Shown: in pieces, positions 40,765 through 51,148 of the stretch
Position numbering within the stretch: the stretch's first letter is position 1
How the letters are laid out: every line of letters begins with the position of its first letter
NCBI GenBank assembly: GCA_963674965.2
Contig: CAXXFL010000007.1
Span: 704,001-768,000 of the forward strand
DNA: 64,000 bases
Reading direction: 5' to 3'
Origin: a bacterium
GTDB lineage: Bacteria > RBG-13-61-14 > DATKZS01
Position numbers and translations under genes: made by a program
Notes under the pieces: model-generated
Told to the model about the DNA's origin: nothing
What the model saw: the letters and a program-made list of their open reading frames with translations, nothing else
Database searches by the model: none

Positions 40765-41815
40765 CCAGGGTCTTCAATTCGTAATCGTTGAGGTCGAAGC
40801 CGGGCCGGCGGGAGACCATCCCCTCCCTGGGTCCCTCGGGGACGCTTTTCTTGAAGTGGTCCGTCAGCCAGGCCTTGTCGCGCCTCGTGGCCACCTGGTT
40901 AAGGTCCAGTGCCCCCTCGTGCTTTTCGTTAATGGCCTTGAGGTCGATCTTGTCCCATCCCTCGAACTCGTGGCAACCGGTGCAGTAAAGCTCGTCCGCC
41001 AGCTTCTTGCCCTTGTCCGCCGAGGCCGACGGGTAGCTCTTCTCGGCGGCGGCGTATTCCTTGAAGCCGTCCCTTTCCCCGAGGGAGTACATGTAGACCA
41101 GGATCAGATGCATGTCCTTGTCCGGGTCGTCGATGAGTTCCTCGTCGTCGGAATAGAAGAAGTTTGGCATCTTGGTGCCGGGGATGAAGGCCTGGGGATC
41201 GACCAGCCACTGGTAGTTCCAGTCCACGTTGAGGCGGTTATAGGTATGGATGAAGTCGGGTCCGCTCTGTCCCTTTTCCGGGTCGATCACCTTGCCCTCC
41301 AGGAGGTGGCACTGGAAGCACTTGTAAAGGTTGAAGGCGTCCTTCGCGGCGGTGAGGGTGGCCGGGTCCTTGACGTCCTTGACGGGGGGCATGTCCTCGG
41401 GGACGTACACGTCCTTTTTCAGGCGCAGGGTCATGAGGAAACGGGTCAGGTCCAGGGCCTCCTCATCGGTAAGGGCGAAGTTCGGCATCTGCGCGTGAAG
41501 CTCGGGCCTGAGGTGGAAGGGCTTCTTTAAAAAGGAAAAGACCCACTCGGGCCGGCACCGGTTGTACTCGAAGTCCAGGCTGGGAAGTATCCGGAGGCCG
41601 CCGGGCGCCATGAGCGTGTGTTTTTCCGCTCCCGGCATGATATGGCAGGTATGGCAATGGAGGTCGAGCACCATTTGCTCGCCGGTGGGCGGCTTCTCGC
41701 CGGGAAGCAGCTCCCACGCCCCCGCCGGCGCGATCAGCAGGGACGCCGCCCCCAACGTCGCCAGGAGAAGCATTAAAGCCAAGGTCATTCGCCGTCTTTT
41801 CTCGCTCGCCATCAT
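40739..41815 (-). CDS. Exported triheme cytochrome c
   Basis: CHTCH, CFQCH, CTGCH, MPNF motifs; ATGA-coupled to the chaperone gene. Confidence 0.85.
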   Translation of the reverse strand: MMASEKRRRMTLALMLLLATLGAASLLIAPAGAWELLPGEKPPTGEQMVLDLHCHTCHIMPGAEKHTLMAPGGLRILPSLDFEYNRCRPEWVFSFLKKPFHLRPELHAQMPNFALTDEEALDLTRFLMTLRLKKDVYVPEDMPPVKDVKDPATLTAAKDAFNLYKCFQCHLLEGKVIDPEKGQSGPDFIHTYNRLNVDWNYQWLVDPQAFIPGTKMPNFFYSDDEELIDDPDKDMHLILVYMYSLGERDGFKEYAAAEKSYPSASADKGKKLADELYCTGCHEFEGWDKIDLKAINEKHEGALDLNQVATRRDKAWLTDHFKKSVPEGPREGMVSRRPGFDLNDYELKTLVNYLQTLK

Positions 41816-42498
41816 TCCCTCCGCGGCGGCCGCTCGAGGACCGCCTTCTCCAGGTACGCCATGTCTTTGGCGATAAACTCGTCGATGAATCCTATCAGCG
41901 CCGCGTAGGTGGGCGGCGCCCCCTTTTGCCCGGCCTTCTTCTTCAGTTCGGGCGCCCATTTGGCCGGGTGTCTTTTGACGAAGTCGCGCTGGGCCAGGAG
42001 TATTTCCTCGATCCTGGCCGCTCCCGAGCCCTCGATCACGCCCGTCTCGATAAAGGCCAGGTAGTGCATGAACTCGAGTTGGGTGGGAAGGTAATCGGGC
42101 AGTTCCCTTCCCTCGTCCTTCATCTTCACGCCGAAGTTGGAATAGAAGCGTAAAAGCTCCTCCATGACCGACTTTCGGGACTTGCCTTTTTCCATGGCGC
42201 CCTCGTAAAGGGGGCAGGGAGGACTTTTCTTTCCCAACTCGAAAAAGGCGATGTACTCGGCCTGGAACTCGGCGAAGTCCCTCCCCGCCGCGTCCTGGAA
42301 GGAGGGCGCGGCCAGTCCGTAGTCGAGCTCGGCCGCCGGCTCGGAGAGCTTTCTTTGGGCCTCCCCGCCTGCGAGGTCGGCGAAGATTTCCTCGGAAGGA
42401 ACGGTCAGGAGCCTGGCCAGGGTCCCGTACAGGGCGCTCCTGGCGGCGGCGGTCCTGGCATTATCCGCCTCGGCGGTGATCTTTGGGCGGGAGGTCAC
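41812..42498 (-). CDS. TorD/DmsD-family private chaperone (EbdD-like delta subunit)
   Basis: EYIAFF, CPLYEG, ELPDYL..LEFMHYL; GTG start overlaps gamma-subunit stop. Confidence 0.85.
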   Translation of the reverse strand: MTSRPKITAEADNARTAAARSALYGTLARLLTVPSEEIFADLAGGEAQRKLSEPAAELDYGLAAPSFQDAAGRDFAEFQAEYIAFFELGKKSPPCPLYEGAMEKGKSRKSVMEELLRFYSNFGVKMKDEGRELPDYLPTQLEFMHYLAFIETGVIEGSGAARIEEILLAQRDFVKRHPAKWAPELKKKAGQKGAPPTYAALIGFIDEFIAKDMAYLEKAVLERPPRRE

Positions 42499-43154
42499 GG
42501 CTCGATATCCACCTCGGCCCAGTTGCCGCAAAAGGACTTGGCCCCGGCCCGCTCCCCGTTTCCTCCCTCCCACACGGCGAAGCCCACGGGCTTTTTCACG
42601 CCGGGGCCGAGGACCACGTTGGTCCCGTCGTCGGGCGCGGCGAAGGGCCGGGCGATGACCACGGACCAGACGCCGTCCGCCCACTCGTGGCCTGACAGGC
42701 AGTGGCTCACGTCCTCCCGCCTGGTCGTTCCCAGGCCGGCGGCGGTGACGTTATGGGGCCGCTCGAGTCCAGCCTGCCAGCACCAGGCGTTGACGGGCTC
42801 GTTCTTCGAGCCCATGTTGTTGATGCGGGCCCGGTCGCCAAAGGGGAAGAGGACGCCCGCTCCGTCGCGGAACTTGCCGGGCGCCGACATGTCCACGTCC
42901 ATGGTCGGGTCCTCCCAGTTGAGCCGGAAGAAGAGGGCCTCGCCGTTGTGGAGGGCCGAAACGGTAAGGCTCTTGACCGCGCCGATCTTGGTGGGGTCCA
43001 TGGCCCGGAAGTAGTTGGAGGGGACGTTGCCGATGGGCGGCGTCTCCATTTTGAAGTCCTCCGAGTCCGCGCCCGACCAGGCGGGGTCGCGCGGGTCCAG
43101 GAGGTCCTTGGTGGACTGATTTACTCGGCGTGCCTTCATGACTTCCTCACACAA
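42495..43154 (-). CDS. Heme b gamma subunit of type II DMSO reductase (EbdC-like)
   Basis: [25 protein letters not shown] (candidate Met/Lys ligands). Confidence 0.88.
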   Translation of the reverse strand: MCEEVMKARRVNQSTKDLLDPRDPAWSGADSEDFKMETPPIGNVPSNYFRAMDPTKIGAVKSLTVSALHNGEALFFRLNWEDPTMDVDMSAPGKFRDGAGVLFPFGDRARINNMGSKNEPVNAWCWQAGLERPHNVTAAGLGTTRREDVSHCLSGHEWADGVWSVVIARPFAAPDDGTNVVLGPGVKKPVGFAVWEGGNGERAGAKSFCGNWAEVDIEP

Positions 43155-44181
43155 GCTTGAAGTTCTTTACCCATTCCCGAGAGATGAGTATTTCCATGAC
43201 CTCCGACTCCTCGCCCCGCCGCTTCTTGGCCATCTCCTCGTGGAGGACCGACAGGGCCTGGTCCACGGCGGGCCCGAAAATCTCCCTGAGATAGGAGATG
43301 GGGATACGGGGGTCCTTGATGGGATCGGTCAGTTTTCCGTTTTCGTCGTACCTGGGCGGACCGATGGGCGGGATGTAGAAAACATTCGGCTCCGTTCCGT
43401 ACTCCGGATGCAGGGGAATGGCGACCTTGTACTTTTCCACCAGCTTCCAGATGGGACCGTCCTCGTCGTCGCGGTAGCCGATAAAGCGGAGACGCCCCGG
43501 GCACTGGCGGGCGCAGGCGTTGGCCACGCCCTTTTCGATCCTGGGGTAGCAGAAGATGCATTTCTCGCTCTTGGCGATGACGGCGTTGTAGTAAATCTTC
43601 TTGTAGGGGCAGGCCTCGATGCAGTACTGGTAGCCGTTGCACCTGTCCTGGTCGATGACCACGATGCCGTCCTCCTCCCTTTTGTAGATGGCGTTGCGGG
43701 GACAGGCCTCGACGCAGGCGGGGTTGGTGCAGTGGTTGCATATGCGCTGGAGATAGAAATAAAAGGAGTTGGGATACTTGCCGCCGCCCTGGTCCTCGTC
43801 CCAGTTGGGTCCCCAGGTGGGGTTGCCCTTGGGCTCCAGTTTTTCTTTTCCGAACTTGCCGCCGAAGTAGATTTCCTCGCCGTCGATTTCCCAGGCGTCG
43901 CCGTACTCGGAGGCAAGGTCGGGCACGCGGCCCATGTTCAGGGTCCTGCCGTCGGCGGCCCATCCTCCCCCCGCCTTTTCCCAGTCCTTGGGATAGCCCG
44001 CGCCGGGCCGGGTCTCGACGTTGTTCCAGTACATGTACTCCTTGCCCTCGTGGTAGGTCCAACTCGTCTTGCAGGCGATGGTGCAGGTCTGGCAGTTCAG
44101 GCACTTGTTGGTGTCAAGGACCATGGCGATCTGCCTCTTGTGAAACAACAGGTCCTTTTTCTTCATTCTGTCGTATGGCAT
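43147..44181 (-). CDS. Fe-S beta subunit of type II DMSO reductase (EbdB/NarH-like)
   Basis: [40 protein letters not shown]. Confidence 0.93.
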   Translation of the reverse strand: MPYDRMKKKDLLFHKRQIAMVLDTNKCLNCQTCTIACKTSWTYHEGKEYMYWNNVETRPGAGYPKDWEKAGGGWAADGRTLNMGRVPDLASEYGDAWEIDGEEIYFGGKFGKEKLEPKGNPTWGPNWDEDQGGGKYPNSFYFYLQRICNHCTNPACVEACPRNAIYKREEDGIVVIDQDRCNGYQYCIEACPYKKIYYNAVIAKSEKCIFCYPRIEKGVANACARQCPGRLRFIGYRDDEDGPIWKLVEKYKVAIPLHPEYGTEPNVFYIPPIGPPRYDENGKLTDPIKDPRIPISYLREIFGPAVDQALSVLHEEMAKKRRGEESEVMEILISREWVKNFKLV

Positions 44182-44210
44182 GGCGGCCCCCGTTTTCCTC
44201 TAGGTAAGGC

Positions 44211-47195
44211 TCAGATTTTTTCGATCTCGACCCTGGTTTCCCTGTCGAACTGGCAGGGCTGGCAATGGGCGAACTTGAAATAAAGGTGCCCGTACCCGCC
44301 CGCCAGGTGCAGCGGCTTCATGGGCGAGGGTATCAGCGTCTGATGGGACTTGAGATTCTCGAACTGGAAGGGCTCCCAGGCGTGGTAAATGATAACCTGG
44401 CCGGGCCGAGCCGCCGGATATATCTTGACGTTGACCTTGAACTCGTCCAGGTCGTTGAAGACGCGGACCACGTCGTGGTCCCCGATGCCCCGGGCCTCGG
44501 CGTCCTCCGGAGCCATGTGGATGAGAGGAACGCCACGCTGGAGACGGGCCATGTACTTCTCGTCCTGCCACATCGAGTGGATCGTCCAACGGGCGTGGGC
44601 CCCGTTAAGGATGAGAGGGTACCTGCCGCCGGCCATGGGCGGGTCCTTGTGCACGGGCAGGACCTCGCCCATCTCCAGGAACCAGGGATGGTCGATGTAG
44701 TACTGCTGGCGGCCCGTCAACGTGGGCCAGGGACGCTTCAATTCCACGAAGTCCGTTGACGGCGTCACCGAGTCGTCCGGCTTCATCTGGGTGCTGATCT
44801 GGGCCATGGGAGTGGGAAGGCCCACGTTCCTGAACCTGGCGCAGCCCTTTTCCTTGAGGGTCTTGAGCTTGATGCCCTTGGTCGAGGTCGAGAAGTCGAG
44901 CTGGTGCTGGAAGAGCCTTTCCTCCCCCTTGTGGGAGAGGGGTATCCTGTACTGGAAGGTGTAGAACTTGTAGAAGTCCCGAAGGTCCCGGCGCTGTCCC
45001 GTCACGGTGGTGAATTTTCCCACGCCCCTTTGCCGGGCCCTTTTCGAGATGGCCTTGGCCAGGAGCCCGTAGATGGTCCAGTCGCTCTTGGACTCGTAAA
45101 GGGGCTCGACCGCCTTGTCGGTGTAGTTGACGAAGGGTATCATGCCCACGGGGTACTTCATGCCCGTCTTCTCGTACCATCCGGCCACGGGCAGGATGTA
45201 GTCCGAGTGCATTCCCGTCATGCTCACGCGCCAGTTCATGTCGATGGCCAGGTCCAGCTTGGGCCACATGTGCTCGAGCATGACCGGCCAGGCCCTCATG
45301 CGGCGCAGGATCGAGTTGCCGCCCGTGATCCAGACCCTGGGGGTCCGGCCCCGTTCCGGGTAAAGGGGCATCCATCCCTTCTCGAGGGACTCGTCGAAGT
45401 ACTCGTCCACCGTCCGGGGCAGGGTGGGGTCGTTGTACTCCCTTTTGCCCGAGACCTTCCGGAGCCCCCCGTGCTCGTAGGCGAAGGACACCCCCGGCCC
45501 TATCCTCACGAACTTCGCGAGCAATTCCCTTTCGACCCGGTCGAATTCCTCGAGGTCCTCGGTGGTCTGCACCTTCTTGGTCAGGAAAGCCTTGATCAGG
45601 GAGTTGAGGGACTTGGGCTTAAGATACTCGCTCAGCCTGGTCCCCTCGGGCATGTCCTTCATGGTGCCGAAAAGGCCGAGCAACCCGGGACGCGTGAGGA
45701 AGGCGAAAAGCTCGAAGCTCTCGAACCCGTACCACCCGATGCTCCTGAAGCCGGCGCCCTTTTTGCCCATGGCCCCCACCAGCGACAGCATCAGCATCCG
45801 GGCCCGGATGTGGAGGTCCGAGTGGTAGAGCTTGTTCGATCCCCATTGGGAGATGATGAGGGGACGCTCGGCCCGGGCGAAGTCCTTGGCGAACTTCTCG
45901 ATGAGCCAGGGACTGAGCTTGCATATCCTGGCGGCCCGTTCAGGCGAGTACTCGCTCATGACCAGCTTCTTGACCCGCTCGAACACGGTGGTGACCGTGA
46001 CCCGGCTCCCGTCGGCCAGGGTCACGCTCCATTCTCCCTCCATGGCCGGCGTGATGTTTCCCGGGTCGATGGTCCTGATCTCGGAGCCCATGGACCCGGG
46101 CATAAGGACGGGCTCGCCGAGGTTTTGGTCCCAGCAGTGGAAGGTTTCGTCCGACGCCGCCGGGTCGAGGTCGTTCCCCCTCAGATATCGGTCGTTATCC
46201 GAGCGGACCAAAAAAGGCAGGTCCGTCTGCCACCGAATATAATCCTCGTCGTAGAGCTTGTCCCGGATGATCACGTGCACCGCCGCCAGGGCCAGGGCCG
46301 CGTCCGAGCCGATCTCAGGGTTGATCCAAAGGTCCGAGTGGATCGAGCTGGGGTTGTAGTCGGGGGCGATGGAGACCAGGGTCGCCCCGTTGTATCTGGC
46401 CTCCATGAGGAAGTGGGCCTCGGGCATGCGCGTGACGATGGGGTTGAACATCCACATCACGATGTAGTCCGAGTGGAACCAGTCCGAGCTCGAGCCGCCC
46501 GCGTGGGCCTGGCCGATGGTGATGGCCGATCCCATCGAGAGGTCCCCGATCTCCGACCAGGAGTCGTGCATGTAACCGCCCAGGAAATACATGAACCTCA
46601 GCTTGGATATGGTGTTGGGACCGTTGCCGAAGTTGGGGCCCAGGTCGTGGCAGATGACGTCGGAGCCGCGCTCGTGGACCACGTCGATGAGCTTGTCCGC
46701 GATTTCCTCGATGGCCTGGTCCCAGGAAATCCGCTGCCATTTTCCCGATCCTCTTTCGCCCACGCGCTTTAAGGGCCACTTGATCCTGCCGGGGTTGTAC
46801 ATGAGCTCCGAGTAGCAGGCCCCCTTCTGGCAGCCCCGGGGATTGTAGTCGGGAAGGTAGTCGTTCTCGCGGTCGTAGGTGGCCGCCTGCTCCTCCCTCC
46901 AGACTATGCCGTCCTTGACGAACACGTCCCACACGCAGCCGCCCGAGCAGTTGGCCCAGGAGTGGGTGCACTTGGCCACGCTGTCCCAGGTCCATTCCTC
47001 GCGGTAAAGGTCCTCCCAGCCCCGGTAACGGTAAGGCTCGGGCTCGTCCTTTTTCTTGGCTTTAACTTTCCTCGGGGCCAGAGTGTTGAGAGTTAGAAAA
47101 ACAGTCGCCGCGGACCCGGCCTTGATGAAATCCCTTCTGTCAAGGCCGGTCAAAGGTTCCCTCGGCGTACCCTTTTCATAAGAATTTCCGCTCAT
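44211..47195 (-). CDS. Tat-exported Mo-bisPGD alpha subunit, EBDH/S25DH-like hydroxylase subfamily
   Basis: RRDFIK Tat motif, THSWANCSGGC, NPRGCQKG, DSWSEIGD (Asp ligand region, not Nar/Nxr-type DWYxD). Confidence 0.85.
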   Translation of the reverse strand: MSGNSYEKGTPREPLTGLDRRDFIKAGSAATVFLTLNTLAPRKVKAKKKDEPEPYRYRGWEDLYREEWTWDSVAKCTHSWANCSGGCVWDVFVKDGIVWREEQAATYDRENDYLPDYNPRGCQKGACYSELMYNPGRIKWPLKRVGERGSGKWQRISWDQAIEEIADKLIDVVHERGSDVICHDLGPNFGNGPNTISKLRFMYFLGGYMHDSWSEIGDLSMGSAITIGQAHAGGSSSDWFHSDYIVMWMFNPIVTRMPEAHFLMEARYNGATLVSIAPDYNPSSIHSDLWINPEIGSDAALALAAVHVIIRDKLYDEDYIRWQTDLPFLVRSDNDRYLRGNDLDPAASDETFHCWDQNLGEPVLMPGSMGSEIRTIDPGNITPAMEGEWSVTLADGSRVTVTTVFERVKKLVMSEYSPERAARICKLSPWLIEKFAKDFARAERPLIISQWGSNKLYHSDLHIRARMLMLSLVGAMGKKGAGFRSIGWYGFESFELFAFLTRPGLLGLFGTMKDMPEGTRLSEYLKPKSLNSLIKAFLTKKVQTTEDLEEFDRVERELLAKFVRIGPGVSFAYEHGGLRKVSGKREYNDPTLPRTVDEYFDESLEKGWMPLYPERGRTPRVWITGGNSILRRMRAWPVMLEHMWPKLDLAIDMNWRVSMTGMHSDYILPVAGWYEKTGMKYPVGMIPFVNYTDKAVEPLYESKSDWTIYGLLAKAISKRARQRGVGKFTTVTGQRRDLRDFYKFYTFQYRIPLSHKGEERLFQHQLDFSTSTKGIKLKTLKEKGCARFRNVGLPTPMAQISTQMKPDDSVTPSTDFVELKRPWPTLTGRQQYYIDHPWFLEMGEVLPVHKDPPMAGGRYPLILNGAHARWTIHSMWQDEKYMARLQRGVPLIHMAPEDAEARGIGDHDVVRVFNDLDEFKVNVKIYPAARPGQVIIYHAWEPFQFENLKSHQTLIPSPMKPLHLAGGYGHLYFKFAHCQPCQFDRETRVEIEKI

Positions 47196-47482
47196 GTTAA
47201 TCCCCCCGCCGTTGGTGGCATAGGCGATTATTACCTCAAACGCGAAATTATTGCAAGCCCAAAATAAGGTTATTCTAATTTTCATTTACCGCTTGCCTAA
47301 AAATAACATTTGTGATTTCATGAGCCAAAAGGACTATGGCCGGACCCGGAAAAGACCTCGATCGAGGCCTTCCAAATCCGGTCGTTTAAACCGGATAACG
47401 ATAGTTACTTGGCCGGCCGAAGGCGAAAGAAGACCCAAATTAATAATCGGGTTTCAAGCCTCGGACCAGCCGGGAGGATGTA

Positions 47483-48700
47483 TTGAAAGGACCAGGCGCG
47501 GCTTCGCTGGTGAAGAGAAATCTCCTCAGACGCCCGGTCAGGGCGCTCATACTGGTGACGTGCGTGGCCTCGGCCTCGGGCATGCAGGTCGCGGCCGGCC
47601 TCATCGAAAGGGGGGCCGAGTTGGGCTACGAGCTTAGCCTTAAGCGCCTGGGCGCCGATCTGGTGGCCGTGCCCGACGAGTTCACCGATGCCCTCGAGCG
47701 CGCCTATCTGACCGGTTCCGCCGCCCTTTTCTACATGGACTCCGACGTGGAGGAAAGGATCGCCGGGTTCGACTTCGTCGAGGAGACTTCCTCCCAGCTC
47801 TACGTCAAGTCCCTGTCCGGGGCCCCGTGCTGCTCGGCGGGGAACATCTTTCTCATCGGCTTCGAGCCGGACACGGACTTCACGGTCCGGCCCTGGCTCG
47901 ACGGCCGGCCCGACCGCGAGATCGGTCCCGACGACGCCCTGGTGGGGGCGGCCTTTCCCATGAAGGACGGCGACACCATCAGGTTCTTCGGCCACATGTT
48001 CACCGTGGCCGGGGTCCTCGAGGAGACCGGCTCGGGCCTTGACGCCACGGTGTTCATTCCCCTCGAGACGGCCTATCTCATGGCGGAGGAATCGGCGGAA
48101 AAGGCGGTCCAGACCCTGCCCATCGCGCGAAACGAGATATCGGCGGTGATGGTGTCGTTAAAGCCCGAGGAGGAGGGCGGCATACCGATCGACAAGGCCA
48201 ACTACGAGTTGACCCGGAACATATACGAGATAAGCGCGTATCAGCCCCACAAGATGATCAAGAAGGTACAGGGCAACCTGGCGGCCACCGTCTACGGCCT
48301 TCGCGCCGCGGGTCTGGCCTCATGGCCCATGACCATGCTCCTTATTGGGCTGGTCTTCGCCATGGCCGTGAGGGAAAGGGGAAGGGAGATCGGGCTGCTT
48401 CGGGCCATGGGCGCCTCGAGGCGCTTCGTTTTCGCCGAGGTCACGAGCGAGGCCCTCATCCTTTCGGCGGCGGGGGCCCTGGCGGGATCGGCGGCGGCCG
48501 CGGCGCTGGTGTCGGCTTTTGGAAGGCACGTGGCCCTGACCCTCGAGGTCCCCTTTATGTGGCCGGGGGCGGCCCAGGCGGGGGGCTTTCTGGCCATGGC
48601 CTTCGCGCTCGCGGTCCTGGGGGGGGCCGCGGCCGGGGCTGTCCCCGCCTATGCCATAAGCGCCATGGACCCCTACGAGGCGGCGAGGGCCATGGAATGA
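47483..48700 (+). CDS. MacB/FtsX-like ABC transporter permease
   Basis: RLGADL, large periplasmic domain with PCCS, ER.REIGLLRAMGA, DPYEA. Confidence 0.85.
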   Translation: MKGPGAASLVKRNLLRRPVRALILVTCVASASGMQVAAGLIERGAELGYELSLKRLGADLVAVPDEFTDALERAYLTGSAALFYMDSDVEERIAGFDFVEETSSQLYVKSLSGAPCCSAGNIFLIGFEPDTDFTVRPWLDGRPDREIGPDDALVGAAFPMKDGDTIRFFGHMFTVAGVLEETGSGLDATVFIPLETAYLMAEESAEKAVQTLPIARNEISAVMVSLKPEEEGGIPIDKANYELTRNIYEISAYQPHKMIKKVQGNLAATVYGLRAAGLASWPMTMLLIGLVFAMAVRERGREIGLLRAMGASRRFVFAEVTSEALILSAAGALAGSAAAAALVSAFGRHVALTLEVPFMWPGAAQAGGFLAMAFALAVLGGAAAGAVPAYAISAMDPYEAARAME

Positions 48701-48789
48701 AAAAGGGGCGAAGGAATATCCGTCGGGCGTTGACGGCCCGCCGGGGCGCGTGCTAATTATTGGCTTTAGTCGGCCATAGGGGGAGGATC

Positions 48790-49653
48790 ATGAGAAAGAC
48801 CATACTTGTAACGGCGCTGGCGGCGCTTTTCATCTGCGGGGTCTCCATGGCGGAAAGGACGGCCAAGCCTTGTCCCGCCCCGCCGGCCGAGGGGGAGGAG
48901 CCGGCCTACAAGGAGATCGAGGTCAAGGACCCGGGCGCTCTTTCCGGCCGGGTGACCTTCGAGGGCAATTACGCGCCGAAGAAGTGGAAGACGGTCAAGG
49001 ACGGCGACTTCTGCGGGGCGTCCGTGGCGGACGAGAGCCTCGTGGCGGGCCCGGACGGCGGCCTTCGCTACGTGGCGGTCATGTTTGACGACATAAAGGA
49101 GGGCAAGGCCCTTCCCAAGGTGGTCAAGGAGATGGCCAACAAGGACTGCATATATCAGCCGCACGTTGACACCTATACGGTTTGCGACAAGACCATGGTG
49201 ACGAACCACGATCCCATTTTGCACAACACCCACGCCTACCTCGGGGATGAGATATTCGAGCCGGGTCGGCCCAGGGAGGAGGACGGCCTCCTGGTCCTTT
49301 CCGAGGAGGACTTCACGAGGGGAACGAGCGCTCCGACCCTGACCTCGATCACCACCCTGTTCAACCTGGGGCTGCCCACCCAGGACTTCAAGCCCAAGAA
49401 GACCCTGCGCGAGCCCGGCCTTATCACCCTCAAGTGCGACGCGGGCCACACCTGGATGACGGGCTTCATCTGGGTTAAGCCCCATCCGTACCATACGGTG
49501 ACGGACGCCGCGGGCGCGTATAAGATCGAGGAAATACCGCCGGGCGAGTACACGGTGACCATGTGGCACGAGAAACTGGGCGAGCAAAAGCACAAGGTCA
49601 AGATCGAGAAAGGCAAGACCACCGTTCTGGACTCGAAATTCACTCTTAAGTGA
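48790..49653 (+). CDS. Exported cupredoxin-like / carboxypeptidase-regulatory-like domain protein
   Basis: Signal peptide; HNTH ... CDAGHTWM putative type-1 Cu ligands; PPGEY..WHE. Confidence 0.65.
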   Translation: MRKTILVTALAALFICGVSMAERTAKPCPAPPAEGEEPAYKEIEVKDPGALSGRVTFEGNYAPKKWKTVKDGDFCGASVADESLVAGPDGGLRYVAVMFDDIKEGKALPKVVKEMANKDCIYQPHVDTYTVCDKTMVTNHDPILHNTHAYLGDEIFEPGRPREEDGLLVLSEEDFTRGTSAPTLTSITTLFNLGLPTQDFKPKKTLREPGLITLKCDAGHTWMTGFIWVKPHPYHTVTDAAGAYKIEEIPPGEYTVTMWHEKLGEQKHKVKIEKGKTTVLDSKFTLK

Positions 49654-49664
49654 GGGAGGGAGTC

Positions 49665-50216
49665 ATGGCGGACGAAGAGGAAACAAAAGAGGAAAAATTG
49701 GAGGGCGACCCGGGCCCGGACGAGCCGGCGGGGCATTTGTGGACGAGACGAAGCGCCCTTTCCTACGCGGGCTGGGCGGGCGTGGGGGTATGCGCCTGCG
49801 GGGCCGGGGCGGCGGCGGTCAGGTTCGGCTACCCGAGGGTGTTGTTCGAGCCGCCCACCGAGTTCCTGGCGGGATTGCCCGACGACTACCGCGTAGGCGA
49901 GGTGGCGACCAAGTGGATACCCACCAACCGGGTTTGGATCGTGCGGGAGGAAAAGGGCTTTTACGCGCTTTTCGCCTCCTGCACTCATCTTGGATGCACG
50001 CCCGGGTGGCTTCCAGCGGAGGAAAAGTTCAAGTGCTTCTGCCACGGCTCGGGCTTTCACAGGAACGGGGTCAACTTCGAGGGTCCGGCCCCGAGGCCCC
50101 TCGAGCGAGTTAAAATAGTACTGGCCGAGGACGGCCAGCTTCTGGTGGACACCAGCGTAAGGTTCAGATACGAGAGGAAGGAGTGGGACCTGCCCGGCGC
50201 GTATCTTAAGGCGTAG
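49665..50216 (+). CDS. Rieske iron-sulfur subunit
   Basis: TRRSAL Tat/TM anchor; CTHLGC and CFCHGS boxes; GPAPRPL. Confidence 0.93.
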   Translation: MADEEETKEEKLEGDPGPDEPAGHLWTRRSALSYAGWAGVGVCACGAGAAAVRFGYPRVLFEPPTEFLAGLPDDYRVGEVATKWIPTNRVWIVREEKGFYALFASCTHLGCTPGWLPAEEKFKCFCHGSGFHRNGVNFEGPAPRPLERVKIVLAEDGQLLVDTSVRFRYERKEWDLPGAYLKA

Positions 50217-50321
50217 CAGTAGGCGCCCGGGCGGCGGCTGAGTCCTGGGGCACGTAATGGCGAGGAATCCGGGGGTATCGCCATTGCCTCACAATATAAC
50301 GATCGATACGCGAGGTGCGCC

Positions 50322-51107
50322 ATGGCGCCTGAAAACAAGGACGGGAAAATTCCGGCCATCCAAAAGATCAAGGATAGCCAGATTTGGAAAAGCGTCTTCA
50401 GGCACGGGTATGAGGACAACCACCAAAACCGGATCAAACAAATCCGAGATAACCTGTGGCTCCATATCCATCCGCCCAAGGTAAGAAGAGGGGCCGTCGA
50501 GGTCGGATACACCTGGTGCGCCGGGGGGGTGTCCTTTTTGCTCTTTCTCGTGACCGTCGTCACCGGCCTGGCCCTCATGTTCTATTACCGGCCAACGGCC
50601 GAGTACGCCTACATGGACATGAAGTACCTGGATTACGACGTGCCCTTCGGCATGTTCATCCGCAACATGCACAGGTGGGCCGCCCACGCCATGGTCATCT
50701 TCGTGATGCTCCACATGTTCCGCGTTTTCCTTACCGGCTCGTACAAGCCGCCTCGCGAGTTCAACTGGGTGGTGGGGGTCTTCCTGCTCGTCATGACCCT
50801 TCTGTTGGGATTCACGGGTTACCTCCTGCCGTGGGACCAGTTAAGCATGTGGGCCGTGACCGTGGGAACCAACATGGCCGGCGCCACTCCCTTCGTCGGC
50901 GCGGAGGGGCCCTTCTCGGAATACGCCCGCGTCACGCCCGACAACGACGTGAGGGCCCTTATCATCGGCGGGACCTCGGTGAACCAGGCGACCCTGCTTC
51001 GCTTCTACGTGCTCCACTGCATAGTGGTCCCGTTGCTGGCGGCCGGCGGGATGGCGCTCCACTTCTGGCGGATAAGGAAAGACGGCGGCGTCTCGGGGCC
51101 GCTTTGA
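50322..51107 (+). CDS. Cytochrome b6-like N-terminal subunit
   Basis: WCAGG (heme c_n-type Cys), [28 protein letters not shown]. Confidence 0.93.
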   Translation: MAPENKDGKIPAIQKIKDSQIWKSVFRHGYEDNHQNRIKQIRDNLWLHIHPPKVRRGAVEVGYTWCAGGVSFLLFLVTVVTGLALMFYYRPTAEYAYMDMKYLDYDVPFGMFIRNMHRWAAHAMVIFVMLHMFRVFLTGSYKPPREFNWVVGVFLLVMTLLLGFTGYLLPWDQLSMWAVTVGTNMAGATPFVGAEGPFSEYARVTPDNDVRALIIGGTSVNQATLLRFYVLHCIVVPLLAAGGMALHFWRIRKDGGVSGPL

Positions 51108-51148
51108 CCCGGCGTGAAGGACCTCAAGAGTGAACGGGGGAAAGGACG

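Noticed and set aside
44211-47195. Nitrate reductase / nitrite oxidoreductase (NarG/NxrA)
   Set aside because: Shorter than NarG, lacks the DWYxD motif, no NarI; the EIGD motif and heme-b gamma subunit fit the EBDH-like branch better
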